Positions 49,864 through 63,660 of a stretch of 64,000 nucleotides of DNA are shown piece after piece. Numbering within the stretch: the stretch's first letter is position 1; every line of letters starts with the position of its first letter. This DNA is from Patellaria atrata CBS 101060 (lineage: Eukaryota). Location: assembly GCA_010093705.1 (NCBI GenBank), contig MU006093.1, forward strand, positions 367,557-431,556, written 5' to 3'. A model generated the notes under the pieces. It saw nothing but the letters and a program-made list of their open reading frames with translations, did not search any database and was not told the origin of the DNA. Made by a program: the position numbers and the translations under genes.

Positions 49864-50674
49864 CTGGGAGGGAGGTCGGGGGGATAGCTCAAAGGGTTAT
49901 TTGATGGATGAGAGTGTTGGAGTCGCGATGCGCGGGACTGACAACGATATACCTGGCATTTACGGGATGCGAAGAAGACGCTAGTTGTTGCTGTTAGCTG
50001 GGCCGGAATGTCGGTGAGGTCGTTCCTATCTTGCTTGCGGTTGCCGCGGTCTCGGCTAATGCGGCGTTTGGGGGTGCAGTATAGTTCGCGGTGAGATTTC
50101 TCAGGGAGGAACTTTAAGCATCTAAAATGTAATTCTACAAATCAAGGATTCGGTATTAGAGTAAAAAATATTGACAATCTCGCTGACAAACGTTGTGGTA
50201 CTGTTGGACGAAGAATCGTTGCGTCTGCTTTCGCTCCCGTAATTCGTGCTCTATCTGAACCTTCCTTCAGATTCGACATCAAAGTCCCCTTTTCACATAT
50301 ATCGTTTTAGTTCCCTTTTCGTCTTTAATCATATCTACCCGTCTCTAGGTATACATACATGCTCCCTTCCGTCTATCTCATAACCCGCAAACGTACTATT
50401 TTCATAAAGACATGATGTCAGAAAGATGGACGGGAATCACTATCGCACAGAAGGAAGAAAGTTTCAATTGATTCATTTTTCGATTTCGCTACAGATAGAT
50501 AGCCATTAATATCCCAGTGAGCATTTTTGCGCTTACCAAAAGATTTCCCGCCGTTGTAATCAACACCATGCAAAGCAAAGTACCACACCCCTAAAGAGGT
50601 AGTGCAAGGATGTAATTTACAAACCTCCCCCGCTGCATCTTTTTCTCGTTAAGTTCCGCTCACGTAGAGCAACT

Positions 50675-52080
50675 CTACTTCTGGTTCTCAGGGCGAAGGG
50701 AGCGGACAGCCTTACCCGCCCTCCAGATTTCTAAGCTCCTAATCTCATCCAACTCCTTCTCATATGCCTCCCTGTAGTCAGGGCGGCTGTTATATTCCAA
50801 GCTACGCTTGGTCTCAGAGCCATTGGCAACGCTCTCGTACAGGTCCTGGAAGACCGGCTTCAAGGCCGTTTGGAAGCGTTTGCTCCAGTCAATGGCACCA
50901 CGTCTGGCAGTAGTCGAGCACGCAGCGTACATGTAATCCATACCATTAGCACCAATGAGGGGATACAAGCTCTGCGTGGCCTCCTCGACGGTCTCGTTGA
51001 ATGCCTCAGACGGGCTGTGGCCGCGCTCGCGGAGGACCTCGTACTGGGCGAGGAACATGCCGTGAATACCGCCCATGAGGCAGCCACGCTCGCCGTAGAG
51101 GTCGGAGTAGACCTCCTTCTCGAAGGTGGTCTTGTAGAGGTAGCCAGAGCCGACGGCGACACCGAGAGCAACGGCCTTCTCCTCCGCCTTGCCGGTCACA
51201 TCTTGAAAAACGGCGACGGAGGAGTTAATACCGCGGCCTTCACGGAAGAGAGAGCGCACAGTGCGGCCGGAGCCCTTGGGAGCGACGAGGATGACATCGA
51301 TGTCGGAGGGGACGTCGACTTTGGTGAGGTCTTTGAAGACGGGGGAGAAGCCGTGGGAGAAGTAAAGGGTCTATTGATGGTTAGGGCTGAATCCATGAAG
51401 GCATAATTTAGGCTCATCAGGATGTACTAACCTTGCCCTTGGTCAATTGTGGCTTGATGTGAGGCCAGGTCTCGCTCTGTGCGGCATCACTGAGCAAGTT
51501 CATGATGATGGTACCCTTGGAGATGGCCTCATCGACCTCGAAGAGGTTCTTGCCCGGTACCCAACCGTCTTGTTGAGCTTCCTTCCATGATTGACCATCC
51601 TTTCGGACACCGATTATGACATTCATGCCATTGTCTCGGAGGTTGAGACCTTGGCCGTGACCTTGAGAACCGTACCCAATAAGGGCTAAGGTGTCATCCT
51701 TGAAGTACTCCTACAATTCAATTAGCTTCAATTGCACATAAAAGACATTGAGATAGGTATATTAAAGGTATTGGAAACTTACATGAAGCTTCTCTCTCGG
51801 CCAATCCGATCGTTCTGCAATCGACGTCAGTACCAATGCTATACCGTTTATACAAAGAGTATTGCCTACCGAAAACCTTCTCCTTGGTGCCAGCAAAGTC
51901 AATTGTCTTGACACCCCTCTTCTGCTGCACTGGGACAGAGACAGCAGCTCTTGGAGCAGTGGAATAACCACCTCTAGCAGCAGCGTTGACAGCAGAGACA
52001 AAAGTCCTGCGCTGGACAGCAGGCTTAGCCAATTGATTGACGGAGCTGCGGAGAGCTCTGCTAGCAGTTTTCGAGGCCAT
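50675..52080 (-). CDS. ILV5: Mitochondrial ketol-acid reductoisomerase, 4 exons
   Basis: Presequence MASKTASRALR; IGYGSQGHGQGLNLRDNG; NLLSDAAQ; SDLYGERGCLMG; RSLRPENQK*. Confidence 0.96.
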
Positions 52081-52662
52081 TGTATGTGAATTGAAGAAGT
52101 TGTGAAGCTCGAGGAAAAGAAGTTTGTCTGTAGTGGGAAGAACAAGTTTTTGTAGTAGCCCAGATGTTTGTGTGTAACGGACTTTTGCAGTGAAGCAATT
52201 CATCCGGAGAACCAGGATTTCTCCCCGAATCATGCCAAGGCTGGGGGTGTACAGCCGAAATGTACACGATGTATGCGATATCGGCAAAAGTATTACCATA
52301 AGCGGTAATGCGCTCTATATTGATCTTGAAGTTGGTGATGACTGTGTACATAAACCAGGAACATAACCGATGCATTGTTGATCAACCTCGTATTTCAGTA
52401 ACTTCACCCGATGACGCACTTTCTCAGCAGAGGCATTTATTTTCCAGCTCTCATATCACTTCTATATCTTCTGAGCCGACTCTCGCTCTCGCTATCTCAC
52501 TAGGAAGACTATTATCACGCATGTCGCCTCCAAAACGCTCCAAATGCTCTGTGCATATGCATATTCCACTATGGCCATCTTCTCCAGAGTCCCATAACGC
52601 CAAGCGGTTATTCTCGTAGCGGTCGTATATCATTACCCATCTAGCCTATTTGTTTGGAACTA

Positions 52663-53446
52663 TCACTTCTGCACTCTCTCGTAACTCTGTCCCTTGACGG
52701 AACCTCCCGTCATAGACTGTCGAACATTCCTCTTGAAACCTTCTCTATTCGATTTCAGGTCCTCTGCGGCCTCCTTGTTCAATGGATCTGACGCATTCGG
52801 CTCGAGAAACAGGAACTAGAAAAATGTCAACACCAAACATTACCGTGTAGCCTACTTGGGGGTACAACTGACCTGTAGACCAACAATCACCGCATTCAGA
52901 TTGAGCACCGGTTTCCAGTCTTCCCTCAGAATGTTCAGGCAAACATTCCCTTCCAGGTCAATATTGGGGTGATATATCTTTTGTGTACACTTCACTTTGG
53001 GCGGATCGTGCGGGAAGTTCTGGTTGATGGCGAAAGTGAAGTGAAAACTCCCGCCTTTGTACATGCCCTCGTCTGGCTCTATTGTAAGGGTGAAGTTGAG
53101 AATATCGTCAGGGTTGGGAAACTCTGTTTTCATCGTCGACCCGAGGGATAGCTCTGAGAGATCTAGAGAGAGAGTCAGCGTCGTCTGAGAGTATACAGAG
53201 CGGCGTGTGAGCATTCTGCTCGAAGGAGATGATGTTCCTACCTTTTTGTACCCGTAGTTGTGCTGCTGTGACCTTCTTCTTCTTGCCCCCCGATGCAGCG
53301 GTCTCAGCCTGCTGCTGTTTTTGCTTCTGTACACTTTGTCAGACCTCAGCCACCGTATAGGGTACATGCCCAAGAATGGGAAGATTGAAACCTCCCTAGA
53401 CTCAGCGCGATGTAGTAAAGCGTACCATATTCCATATCTTTAACAT
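52663..53446 (-). CDS. UBC12: NEDD8-conjugating enzyme Ubc12, 4 exons
   Basis: [56 protein letters not shown] and [18 protein letters not shown]. Confidence 0.95.
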
Positions 53447-54035
53447 TGTGGCGGATGCGGAGGAGTTGGGAAACGAAGATGCGCGGGGATATCGAACGCT
53501 TTGTGATGTGCAAAGTGGTGATAGAAGATCGAGAGCGCTAATTCAGATGATGTCAAAAAAGTAATCAAGAAAATCAAAGTCTGTATTGTTATTTGTGTAT
53601 GTGCTGTAGAAGACTAGTTGGTGATGAGGATCTAGAGACAATGGAATGAGACATCGAACTTGACCCAAAGCCCCACCACGGTGTTCATGCAACACGACTG
53701 CATAATTCTCATGCCGTCCAACACTACAAAGCGAAAACATCGCGTTCTTATAGGGGAGTGTATCCGCCCCGATATACTGTACGATCGAATAGAACCTAGA
53801 ATGGATACTACTTATCGAGAACGAGGTGACCCTCTTCTGTGAGGTTCGCAGTATCCTCTTCTAACTGGTATCGGGCAACTCAACCATAGTTCTATCTCTC
53901 CTCAAATACGTACGAACTCCCATCTCCACAAACTGCCGTTCACACTGACATTTTTCCAGCATTCAAGACCACGCCCGAACCTCACCACCCCAAACCCCAT
54001 CACACAATCATATCCCGCCGTAGCCTTACTCTCCA

Positions 54036-54895
54036 ATGTTCCCCCAACTACCGTCTGAATCCCTCACCGTCCCGCCTTCCTTCACTACGACGATAATCCC
54101 GTCCATCCGACCCTACCTCCCCTCCTCAACACCATTCGGTTCGGTGAAAGACCCAACCCTCCCCTACACGACCCTAACCTACGCCAGCGCAGTCGATGGC
54201 TCCACCTCCCTCTTCCCCAGCGGCGACGGCACCTGGCAGCGAACAGTCCTCTCCGGATCTCTCGCCTCAGTCCCAACCCACTACCTCCGAGGCTGTCATT
54301 CCGCCGTCTTAATCGGCGTCTCGACCGCCCAAGTGGACGACCCATCCCTCAACTGTCGTCTCGAAGGTATGCAGGCTACGGAGGGACACGGTTTGTGGCC
54401 CAACCGAGGCCGCTGATCCTGGATCTAAGAGCAAGGTGGGATTCCCGACATTCGAAGGTCATCCGTCTCGCGCGGGAGAAAAAGAGGACGTTCCCGTGAG
54501 TCATCACCACTGCCGGCACCAACCCAAGCTCGGAGAAGCGGGCAGCGCTCAGGGAAAATGGAGGACGCTATATTGAAGTCCCACTATTTCCAAATGGGCG
54601 GCTTAGCTGGCGAGATGTTCTAACCGCGTTGAAGAAATGAGGGATCGAAAGCGTGATGGTGGAGGGCGGTGCAGCAGTCCTCAGAGCGCTTCTGGGTCCG
54701 GAAGGAAGAGGACTCGTGAATTCTGTGATCGTGACGGTGGCGCCAACCTGGCTCACGGAGGGCAGTTTGCGGGTTACCCCACCGCGGATGACTGACGAGG
54801 AGGGCAAGCCCGTGGAAGCGGTTAGGTTGAAGGAGCCAAGGTGGATTCCGGTGGAGACGACGTGGTACTTTGTGGGAAGTTGCCGACTCTTTTGA
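54036..54895 (+). pseudogene. RIB7: Disrupted RibD_C-domain reductase (Rib7-like riboflavin pathway reductase)
   Basis: TLTYA...THYLR...AVLIGVSTAQVDDPSLNCR, then a frameshift near 54369 into AGYGG...QPRPLILD. In-frame TGA at 54497-54499 (P*VI, where PWVI is expected) and at 54638-54640, just before GIESVMVEGG. Confidence 0.78.
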
Positions 54896-56164
54896 GCGAG
54901 CCGGCTCCCGTAAAGAGTATTTTCGGGGGAGAGCCGAGCTATTCAAAGGGTCTTTCCCCGGGCAAGCCGAGACCTTCAAAAGGTCTTTTCACTTGAGGGA
55001 CTCTTAGCAACGAAACTGCTACCAAATCCTCAAGCAGGAATCTTTTTAAACCCGCATACACTCCCTCCTCTTCCTTCCCGCCCTTACAGCAAAAGTAAGA
55101 TATCCTCTATCCCTTTCATCCACGTCAAAATGAAAACATATATACGCTGTAAACTACAGACTCACATCATCATCTTCCCCTATGTACGAAAGTAATAACC
55201 GCACCCACCAATATTATGTAATTAGACGATGGTTCAAGCACCTCTTATAGTTGGCACGGGTATTAGTTCGGCTATGGCTAAAAGAGCACTGTGTACTAGA
55301 ATATAATACTCAATATTATTCAAAAGTCCATTCGACATGATATTCGAGATAAAATCTTGATAGTTAATACCCCTTATCCCCCTATTAGGTTCCCTAGCGT
55401 CCTACCGATTCACCGATGACCGCTCCTTTAAACTAGTACCGTACCACTAGCTTCCATTACGATATCCTCTCTACCTTACAAACACCAAACCCAGGAATGG
55501 GAAGGAGTGTCCCACCCATATCTCTCTCCACGTCAATGGAAACTCCCGATCTAGACCACGGCTTAACTGCGAGCAACAACGTAGCGCGAAAGGACATAAC
55601 TCGGTTCGTCCTCCAAGACGTGGGTTTAGAGACGTACGCACGAAGACGAAGTCTACCTTGATAGCGAATTGCGCGAGGGAAAGGGGAGATGGTAGAACGG
55701 GATACTGACAAAGGCTACCCTAACGCGGGGATGAGGAATATGGGCAAGCGGAATACCAATCACACACACCCTCAAAACGTCATTAATAAAATCTCAAATT
55801 TGCAAAGCTACCAGATTCTAACACAAGCGCATCCGATTAAACCTCCAAACCTAACAAAAATTGTGAGGGATTCACTCGATTACCAGAAAGATTCGCCGCA
55901 GACTTCGCAAATCGGGAAGACAGATAAAAACTCCTCAGAGCACAAAGGTTCATGAAATTTCTTTCTCCACTCGACAAATATCTTATCTTACATACCCTTT
56001 TTCTTTTATGATGATGATGATGTGATCGCCGCCCTCACGTCATGCTAATAATCGATCCCATTTTTTGGTATCGTACCCGTCCTTGCAACACATGATAATT
56101 CGCGGGCGATGGAAACCCCCTCCGTAATTCTATTCTTCGCTTGATGAAAATTGAGGTAATCCGC

Positions 56165-59149
56165 TCATCTCCTGGCGAAGCAGCAGAGGATACCCGACTT
56201 GCCCAAGAACCACAGACAACCGAGGAAGCGGATGAGCGACAAGATAGCAGTAGCCCAAAGGAGAGCCTGGAAGAAGCGGGCGGTACGTTTGGAAGCACCG
56301 GACTGTGTAAATAATTAGCATTTGAGCATCTTCTGATTTTCAAAATCGATAAACTTACTGAAAAGCCAAATCTGTCAAAGTTCTCGCTGGTGATGACGAC
56401 GGCTAGAAGCGCGTTGGAGAAGATCCATGCGGTGGTCAAATGAGTACGGAAACTCTTATAGGAGTCCTCAAGGGTCTTCTCAGTGTTCTCCACTGGAGGT
56501 TTATACGCGGCCAATGCTCGCTTAACAGTCTGCTCAAACTGGCTGTCGATGTCGGCTTGTGGTAGGTCAGGCTCCTCAACCACCGTGTGTTTGCCGTCCT
56601 TAGTCTTCTCGGTTGTGGCTGAAGGGAGTGCATCCGCTTTGTCTGAACCTTTGGTACCCCAGGAAACATCATGCCAATTGCTGAAGGCGTAAACGTTGAG
56701 AATATTGATGTACGATGACATGATGAGGAGATATTGCGGGAAAGAGGTGAACATGTGCCAGGGATCCAAGTAGAGGAAGGAGGCTACAAAATACAGACCG
56801 AAGGTTGCAGCAAGGGCGATGATGATGATACCAACACCATCTGATGCGAAGAATGAACGGACGAAATCCTCAGTCGAGTCGGTATCGAGTTGTTGGGACT
56901 CTGGGCTAGTGAAAGCTCTGACCACGAGATAAATTGACAGAATGATCAGGTAAAATTGGATAGCACCAAAAACGACGAAAGATGTAACATAGGTCCAACG
57001 GGAACCCTTAGGACGATTACCGAGAGCCAGAATGAACTGCAGGAGAACAAATCCGAGATACAAATACTTAAGAACCGTATTGAAGATGGGTGTGACAGTG
57101 GTACCGAAAGGCCAGGCGGTATTCTTGTTCGCCTCAGTAGGGAGACCAACCAAGTCCATGATAACGGATGTTGTTAACCAGAAAGCAGCCAAAGCGAACC
57201 AGGAGAGGAAGACCGTGAAGACGTTGTACAGCATCTGAATGTGGAAGAAGAACATGCGAACCAAGTTGTGACCGGACTTGTACATGCGGCCGAAGTGCAT
57301 CAGAGAGTAGATACTGGCAGCGAAGGAACCGTTCAGCCAACGTCTACGCTGGCCAATGAATTCTGGGGCACCCTCCGGTACGTCAGTTTCACCCTTGGAT
57401 GCCTTGACGTACGTCAAATGCCACTTTGAGCCCGCTTTCGCGACCAATTCGAAACAGAGAATACGATCCTCGGCCAGGAACATGTTTTTCTTGAAAATGT
57501 TCATACCCTCAATACCCTTCTTACCGAGAATCTTTGAAAGTGTGTGATCACCATGGAAATACTGCTCAAGAGGTCTGCCCATAATAGCACGGAAGCGATA
57601 GGCAGAAAAGGCACCGGGTAACACACTGACGTATCCGAAGGATGATTCCAAGGGTTTATCCAGGATGTTAGAGATCTTGTATTCGAAGTTCTGAGCGGCC
57701 ACAAGCGGATTCAAAAGATTCCTCCAGCCTTTACCCAACATAGCATGGATTTCACCGCAAGCACCCCCAAGATCCTTATCGTTGTAGAAAGCTTCCCATA
57801 GAGCAAGGAGCGACTTGCTGCCAGGTTTGGTACCAGCATCGAGAAGAATACAGATTTCTGGGTTCAAGATACGGCCAAAAGCGGTGAAAAGCCACCTATG
57901 AGAGTTAATCTTCTTGCTATTCTTTTGCTTCAAGCAGAACATCATCTGCACTGGAGGCAAAGTGCTAGGGCTGTCATCGTGTGGGCGGATGAGCTGCTGG
58001 TTAGCAGTCACGGAAAGCTGTGTGGTGTATTCGAACTGTCCAATATTAGATAGGGGAAAAATTGAATCCATGAATATACTCACGATGTGGGCAACTGTCT
58101 CCTTGCCGTCGATATCCTTCTTCATAACACCATCCTGGTAGATACCGACGGTAGCGAGAAGATCGAGAGTACCCTTGTCACAAGGGTCGATACCGTCGAA
58201 AACTAAACACACCACAATCTTCTGCCACGCTGGACCACCTTTGTTCCAGAATTCAGACTTCTTCAGATTGACAATATCACGAATATTTTGCATAACACCG
58301 TGTAGGGTACGCGCTGTAAGAATTTTGTCTTCGTTATAATAGGTGATGGCGATAAGAAGCTCAGTGTGTCTGTTATACATGGCAGGTCTCAAATTGTAGC
58401 CATTCTTAAGAGTGAAATCGTTTGGATCGCATGTAGCAGCAGTGTCTAATAGTTCTTGTTAGCAAACATTGCTGCGGGTAAGCCCGGAACACACATATCG
58501 CGTACATCTCATGTGTGTGAACTCCTCACTACCGCCGCTCTCGAGGTCATTCCTATACTTTGCTTGAACAGCATTTTGGATAGCGCTAGGAACCGGATAG
58601 TCCGCGCTCAGAACTGCTCCCTGGACGAGCTTGACTTTACGGGTAGCGTTACGCTTGAGACCACCCGCGCCTGCGGCGGCAGTACCTCCGGGTTGCATGC
58701 GTCGGTTCCACTCTTCAGTTGAGCCGGTCTCGCTTCTACTATACGGGGAAGAAGATCTGACTGGAGCGCCATAGGCTTGTGATGTGTCATCCAGATGACC
58801 CGAGTATACCTCTGGACCCTGGTCATAGGGAGCGTTGTAAGCGGTCCGCGAAGTGGTACTGCTGTCGGCGTACGTCTCAGTTAAGCTGTATGCAGATACT
58901 GGTCGATGCTGAGGGCCATTTGGGTCATTGAAAGGATCGTGGTGAGCGCCGGTTGGATTGGGATGTAAGAGTGAGCGCTCGACCTCTTCGTCATCGGAAT
59001 CGTGTTGACCTGGGTGATTGTATTGCTGAAGGCGTGATATCAGAATTGGATAAAGAGATGAGTAGCAACTTTAGGTAACTTACTTGACCTGGAGGTAGGT
59101 CGTTCATCCTCTGATGATCACCATACCCTCCATGCCCTTGGTAAGCCAT
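56165..59149 (-). CDS. chsB: Class III chitin synthase (ChsB/Chs-1 type), 5 exons
   Basis: [35 protein letters not shown] and SWGTKG motifs; ends CCFARR*, typical of class III. Confidence 0.93.
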
Positions 59150-60134
59150 GGCTTTGTCTGATCAACGAGATCGATCCCCTCAGCGACCAGCAAAGGACAG
59201 CTTGTTGATAGGGAGATAGAAGGAAATAGGGTATTGGGGATACACGGAACGAATGCTAGAACGAGAGCAACGAGGAATGTGGAGAATGAGAGAAGAGGGA
59301 ATGGGTTACGAGATGAGGAGAGTAGCAAATATTTAGCTGAGGGTGGTGGAGCAGAAGCTGAATCGGGAGGAAGATGGGCAGTTCAGGTTGGCTGCCAGGA
59401 AGGGTTTAGGCGGATGTCGGGGGGTGCTTGGCCTTACAGCTCCCTTGGAAGAAGAAAAAGAGAAAAAGAGGCGCGACAGAACAAGACCGTGTCAGGTTAA
59501 CCAGTCAACTGGCACTCACTGCCAGCCGAAACAGCGCGGTACGCTTTGTGCGCCCGTGTTTTGTTAAATCTGTACACGCTGCGGCCGCACCGGCGAAGCT
59601 TGTTGGTTCGCTCACTTTCACTGATACAACTCTCCGCGTTTCAACTTGATATCCTCTATTTTCCTTGAATATCTTTTTGCTCGAATTAAAAGGGTCAACA
59701 GAGCCTCATGACGCTTGAAACCGAGGTGGTACTGTGACTATAGAATAGGGACAATCGATCTCCTGAGCCACTCCCTCCCACCTTTATGTTGATCAGATAC
59801 TACCCTACCAAAACGTCCTGACCTCGTAAAAGCACAAAGAAATAGTTTAACACCGCTGCATTCTTGTCGCAGTAACATCACGCTATCCCTCCACCGCCTA
59901 TGAAAACCGTTCACTCTTTTCTAGTCCATGCGGCGAGACCTTGAGGATTTCTTTGATGTGAGGTACCCAGCCACACTTCGTTGCTGACTTGCGATGCCCC
60001 TAAAAATAGCTTTGTATCATAACCTTCCATTGGTACCCTCAGCTCAACAATCCGACATCCGAAAGACCGTATCTGAATATCCTCGACGAAAATTCTTCGT
60101 TTAAGAAGAAGATTTTAAGCCTCCTTTCAGACTG

Positions 60135-60200
60135 TGCTCTTCTCTGCTCTTGTCTGCTCTTCTCTGCTCTTGTCTGCTCTTCTCTGCTCTCCTCAGCTCT
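60135..60200. repeat. Tandem 10-bp minisatellite (TCTCTGCTCT/TGTCTGCTCT alternating, about 6 units)
   Basis: Seen directly in the chitin synthase upstream region. Confidence 0.85.
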
Positions 60201-61154
60201 ACTGCAAAAAGCAGCTTATTTTCTGCATGAAATCGCCTATCCAGGCGAAAAGCTTGGTAAGGTATTGGCTTGAACTCAACCTTTTCCCAACCGTCAAGCA
60301 CCGTAAGCCGCATTATTTTAAGTACTCACTCTTATATACCTTAGTCATTCTCGTCCAAATCTCTTCTTTTACGCGCAAATTAGCGGTGATCCTTCTCTCA
60401 TCTGGGGCCTTGGACACAGCATCAAAAACTTATGCAGCACCGTTAAATCAAACGTCTGACACAATATAAACGCTTGTGTTCCGCTGTTACTGGAAAGCGT
60501 CTAACCCGAACTTTTGTAAGTTGTCAAATGGTTCAATAAACGATGGCACAGCTATCAGTACCGCTTCAACGCGGTGAATCTTTGCAAGCTGTCACTATAT
60601 GCATATATCATATACATCTATAGCGTATCGTTAAAGTTGCGTCTTCAAGCGCGCGTACCACTTATCCTATTCTAGGAGAATTCATATACTTCTTAGCATC
60701 ATGTCGAAAACATATCACACACAAACTGTGTACATTATTGTAGCAATTTTGACAGAATCACAAAAAGCACTATCATGACGTCAAGGATTATCAGCTCGAG
60801 GTGTAGTCAAACTAATCAAAGCGATGGAATGCATTCTTTATTTCTTGAACCCCTCTTGTTGCGTTCCACAGTCTTCACTCTCGTACATTTCGCTTTACAT
60901 AAAATGCTATACTATTAAGAATGACGCGTTGCTCCGTTTCAATGCCCTGTACAGTCAAGTCAGACGCCTTTTGGGGGTTTTACAGCACGGTAACGGCAGC
61001 ATCATGACAACAATAAAGCAACTTTCTCGCACTTATTTAGTCATTGCCCACTTGAATGATGCAGTTCCTTTAATATACAAGAAAACCTCACTGTATTAGT
61101 TGAGGTTCAATGTAAAGAGACTTACAGTACCTTCTACAGAAAACCCGCTTTATC

Positions 61155-62133
61155 ATGGTGATTTCGAATCCGCCAAAATCGATCGTTGATCTCGTTGTCG
61201 TCTGCTGCCATGCCATTTGGAACGGTCATTCTTCCTCGTCTCCAGATCCGTACAAGGAAAAGCAATGGATCCTCAAAGGATTCCAACGTAGCAACCGCGA
61301 AACCGGAAAACAGGGAGAGCATTTGTCATTCATGAGGCATATTAATGAGGCCATGCTATATCTCCTCAGTACAGATAGTGAACTTCAAAATGATCCAGCA
61401 CAGACACTCGTGATGTTTTCCGGTGGACCGACATCCAAAGAAACCGATATCAGTGAAGCATTTAGCTACTGGAAAGCTTTGCATACTTGGGATCACGTAG
61501 AAATCATGGGTCAACTCTACCCAAACGGTAGAATAATGCTGGAAGAACACTCCACAGATTCCTACCAAAACTTCATCTTCTCAGTATTAGAGTTCAGGAA
61601 GCAAATTGGACACTATCCACGTAACATCCATATCATTACGCACGGCTTTAAAGGTCCGCGATTCTTGGACCTACATGCGAAAGCACTACAATGGCCAAAG
61701 GAGAGAATAAGCGTCTATGTACGGAATCCGGAAATGTCACGTAAGTAGCACATAACCTTTCGCCTCCCGTTGTATTTTTCCTAGATTTACGTCGGCAATC
61801 ATATTTTGTATTTGGCATTCGACAACCAGTAGCCATTCTAACCTTATCGTAGGTGCTGAATTGGAGGAAACCATTGCATTAGAGAAACAGAACGGCTACC
61901 TACCTTTCGTCTCGGATCCTTACGGCGCTCACGCGTCGTTGTTGGATAAAAGGAAGGTTCGTTGCTGGGACGAAACTAAGTTCAGAGCTTATATGTCTCC
62001 CTTATTAAATGAAGGTGAAGAGGGTGTGCTGCTGACGCGGTTGCTCGATTGGAAAGGCGGTGAGAGCGGAGATGAGTTATTCCCAGATACTCTGCCGTGG
62101 AACGAGACATCAAGTGCAGCAGGATCGTCGTAG
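61155..62133 (+). CDS. DUF218-like conserved fungal protein (yeast YOR238W type), 2 exons
   Basis: LVVVCCHAIW, FSGGPT, SEAFSY, EEHSTDSYQNFIFS, ITHGFKGPRF and DPYG motifs. Confidence 0.8.
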
Positions 62134-62426
62134 AACGATCTCTCAAATTTGCCATTCGGCCTGTTGTGAAAGCTCTAGTATCAGCATAGTATCACAGGTA
62201 TTTGTGCTGATGTCGGCCCGAAATCTCGGTGTATCCCCTCTTGCCGACATAATCGGGTAACCCTAGCATCTGTCCGTCCCGAGTATGACGAAGGACATGC
62301 TCCCCACCAACTTGTACCATCATCCCACTTTCTTCGTCACAAGCTCCACGATGCTTTCAAAACATAGGTCTACATTCTTCCAAATTGCCGTTAGGATTTC
62401 AATATCAATTCCATCAGACTCCCAAA

Positions 62427-63660
62427 ATGGGTGATCCGTCCCGCGCACCACCCTTAACCCGCGCCTCCGTCATTGAAGCCCACGAGCTCATCAAGGAATA
62501 CGTCCATCTCACCCCCGTTCTCACCTGCCACACACTCGATACCATTGCCTCAACACCGCAGGAGTTCACGGCACTGTCCGATACGCCTCACGACGGTCTA
62601 GACGTACCAGCAAAACCAAAGATCAGATTCTTCTTCAAGTGCGAGAACTTCCAAAGAGTCGGCGCCTTCAAAGTCCGCGGCGCATTCCACGCACTGAAGA
62701 GATTAAGCAAAGAAGAACTAGAGAAAGGAGTAGTGACACATAGCTCCGGTACCTACCCACTCTTGCTTCCAACCCTCCCTTCAAATTAAACCAGACCCAG
62801 GAAACCACGCCCAAGCCCTCGCCCTCGCAGCCCGCACCTTCAACATCCCGGCGCACATCGTCATGCCAACAATCTCCACGCCCTCCAAAATCGCCGGCAC
62901 CCGCTCCTACGGCGCCCGCATCGTCTTTTCCGGCTCCACGAGCCAAGAGCGCGAAGCAGTCGTGTCCACCGTGATCGCCCAAACGGGCGCGACCCTCGTC
63001 CCGCCCTACGACCACCCCAACATCATCCTGGGTCAGGGCACCATGGCGCTGGAGCTGGAAGCGCAAGTCACGGCTCTGCTGGCGCCCTCGGAGGGGCCGA
63101 GAAAGCTCGACGCCGTCATCACTCCCTGCGGCGGCGGCGGCATGCTCAGCGGCGTCGCGACCGCCCTGCTCGGGTCCGGCATCCGCGTCTTCGGCGCCGA
63201 GCCTAGCTTCCAGGGCGCCGACGACGCCCGTCGCGGTATCGCGGCCCGCGAGCGAGTCACGCACGTCAAGTCCCTCACTATAGCTGACGGGCTGCGCACG
63301 CCGCTCGGCGAGTGGACGTGGGGCATCGTGTCCGACCGATCAAAAGTCGCGGGCGTGTTCTCTGTATCGGAAGATCAGATCAAGGCGGCGATGCGGCTGG
63401 TGCTGGAGAGGATGAAGGTGTTTATCGAACCGTCGGCTGCGGTTCCGCTGGCGGTTTGTCTGTTCAATGAGGAGTTTAGACGGCTTGTTGAGAGGGAGGG
63501 TGGGGAGGAGGGGTGGAATGTGGGCGTTGTGTTTAGTGGGGGGAATACGACTGTTGAGGCTGTCGCGAAGATCTTTGAGACTACGGATAGGAAGGAGGAG
63601 AGGGCTGCGGGGGAGGTTGGGGCGTTGGGGGAGAGGGAGGTCCAGGACGTTGCTGGATAG
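62427..63660 (+). CDS. PLP-dependent serine racemase / threonine dehydratase family (Sry1-like), 2 exons
   Basis: FKCENFQRVGAFKVRGA (PLP lysine), THSSGNHAQ across the intron, PCGGGGMLSG, IADGLRT, IEPSAAV and FSGGN. Confidence 0.92.

Noticed and set aside
54367..54640. Rescue of the RIB7-like gene by an intron at GTATGC or by A-to-I stop-codon editing
   Set aside because: An intron there would delete the conserved QPRPLILD segment and leave two TGAs. Editing cannot fix a frameshift, and both stops are TGA rather than the favoured TAG.
60135..60200. Tandem repeats as a CRISPR-like array
   Set aside because: A simple 10-bp minisatellite without spacers, in a eukaryotic genome.
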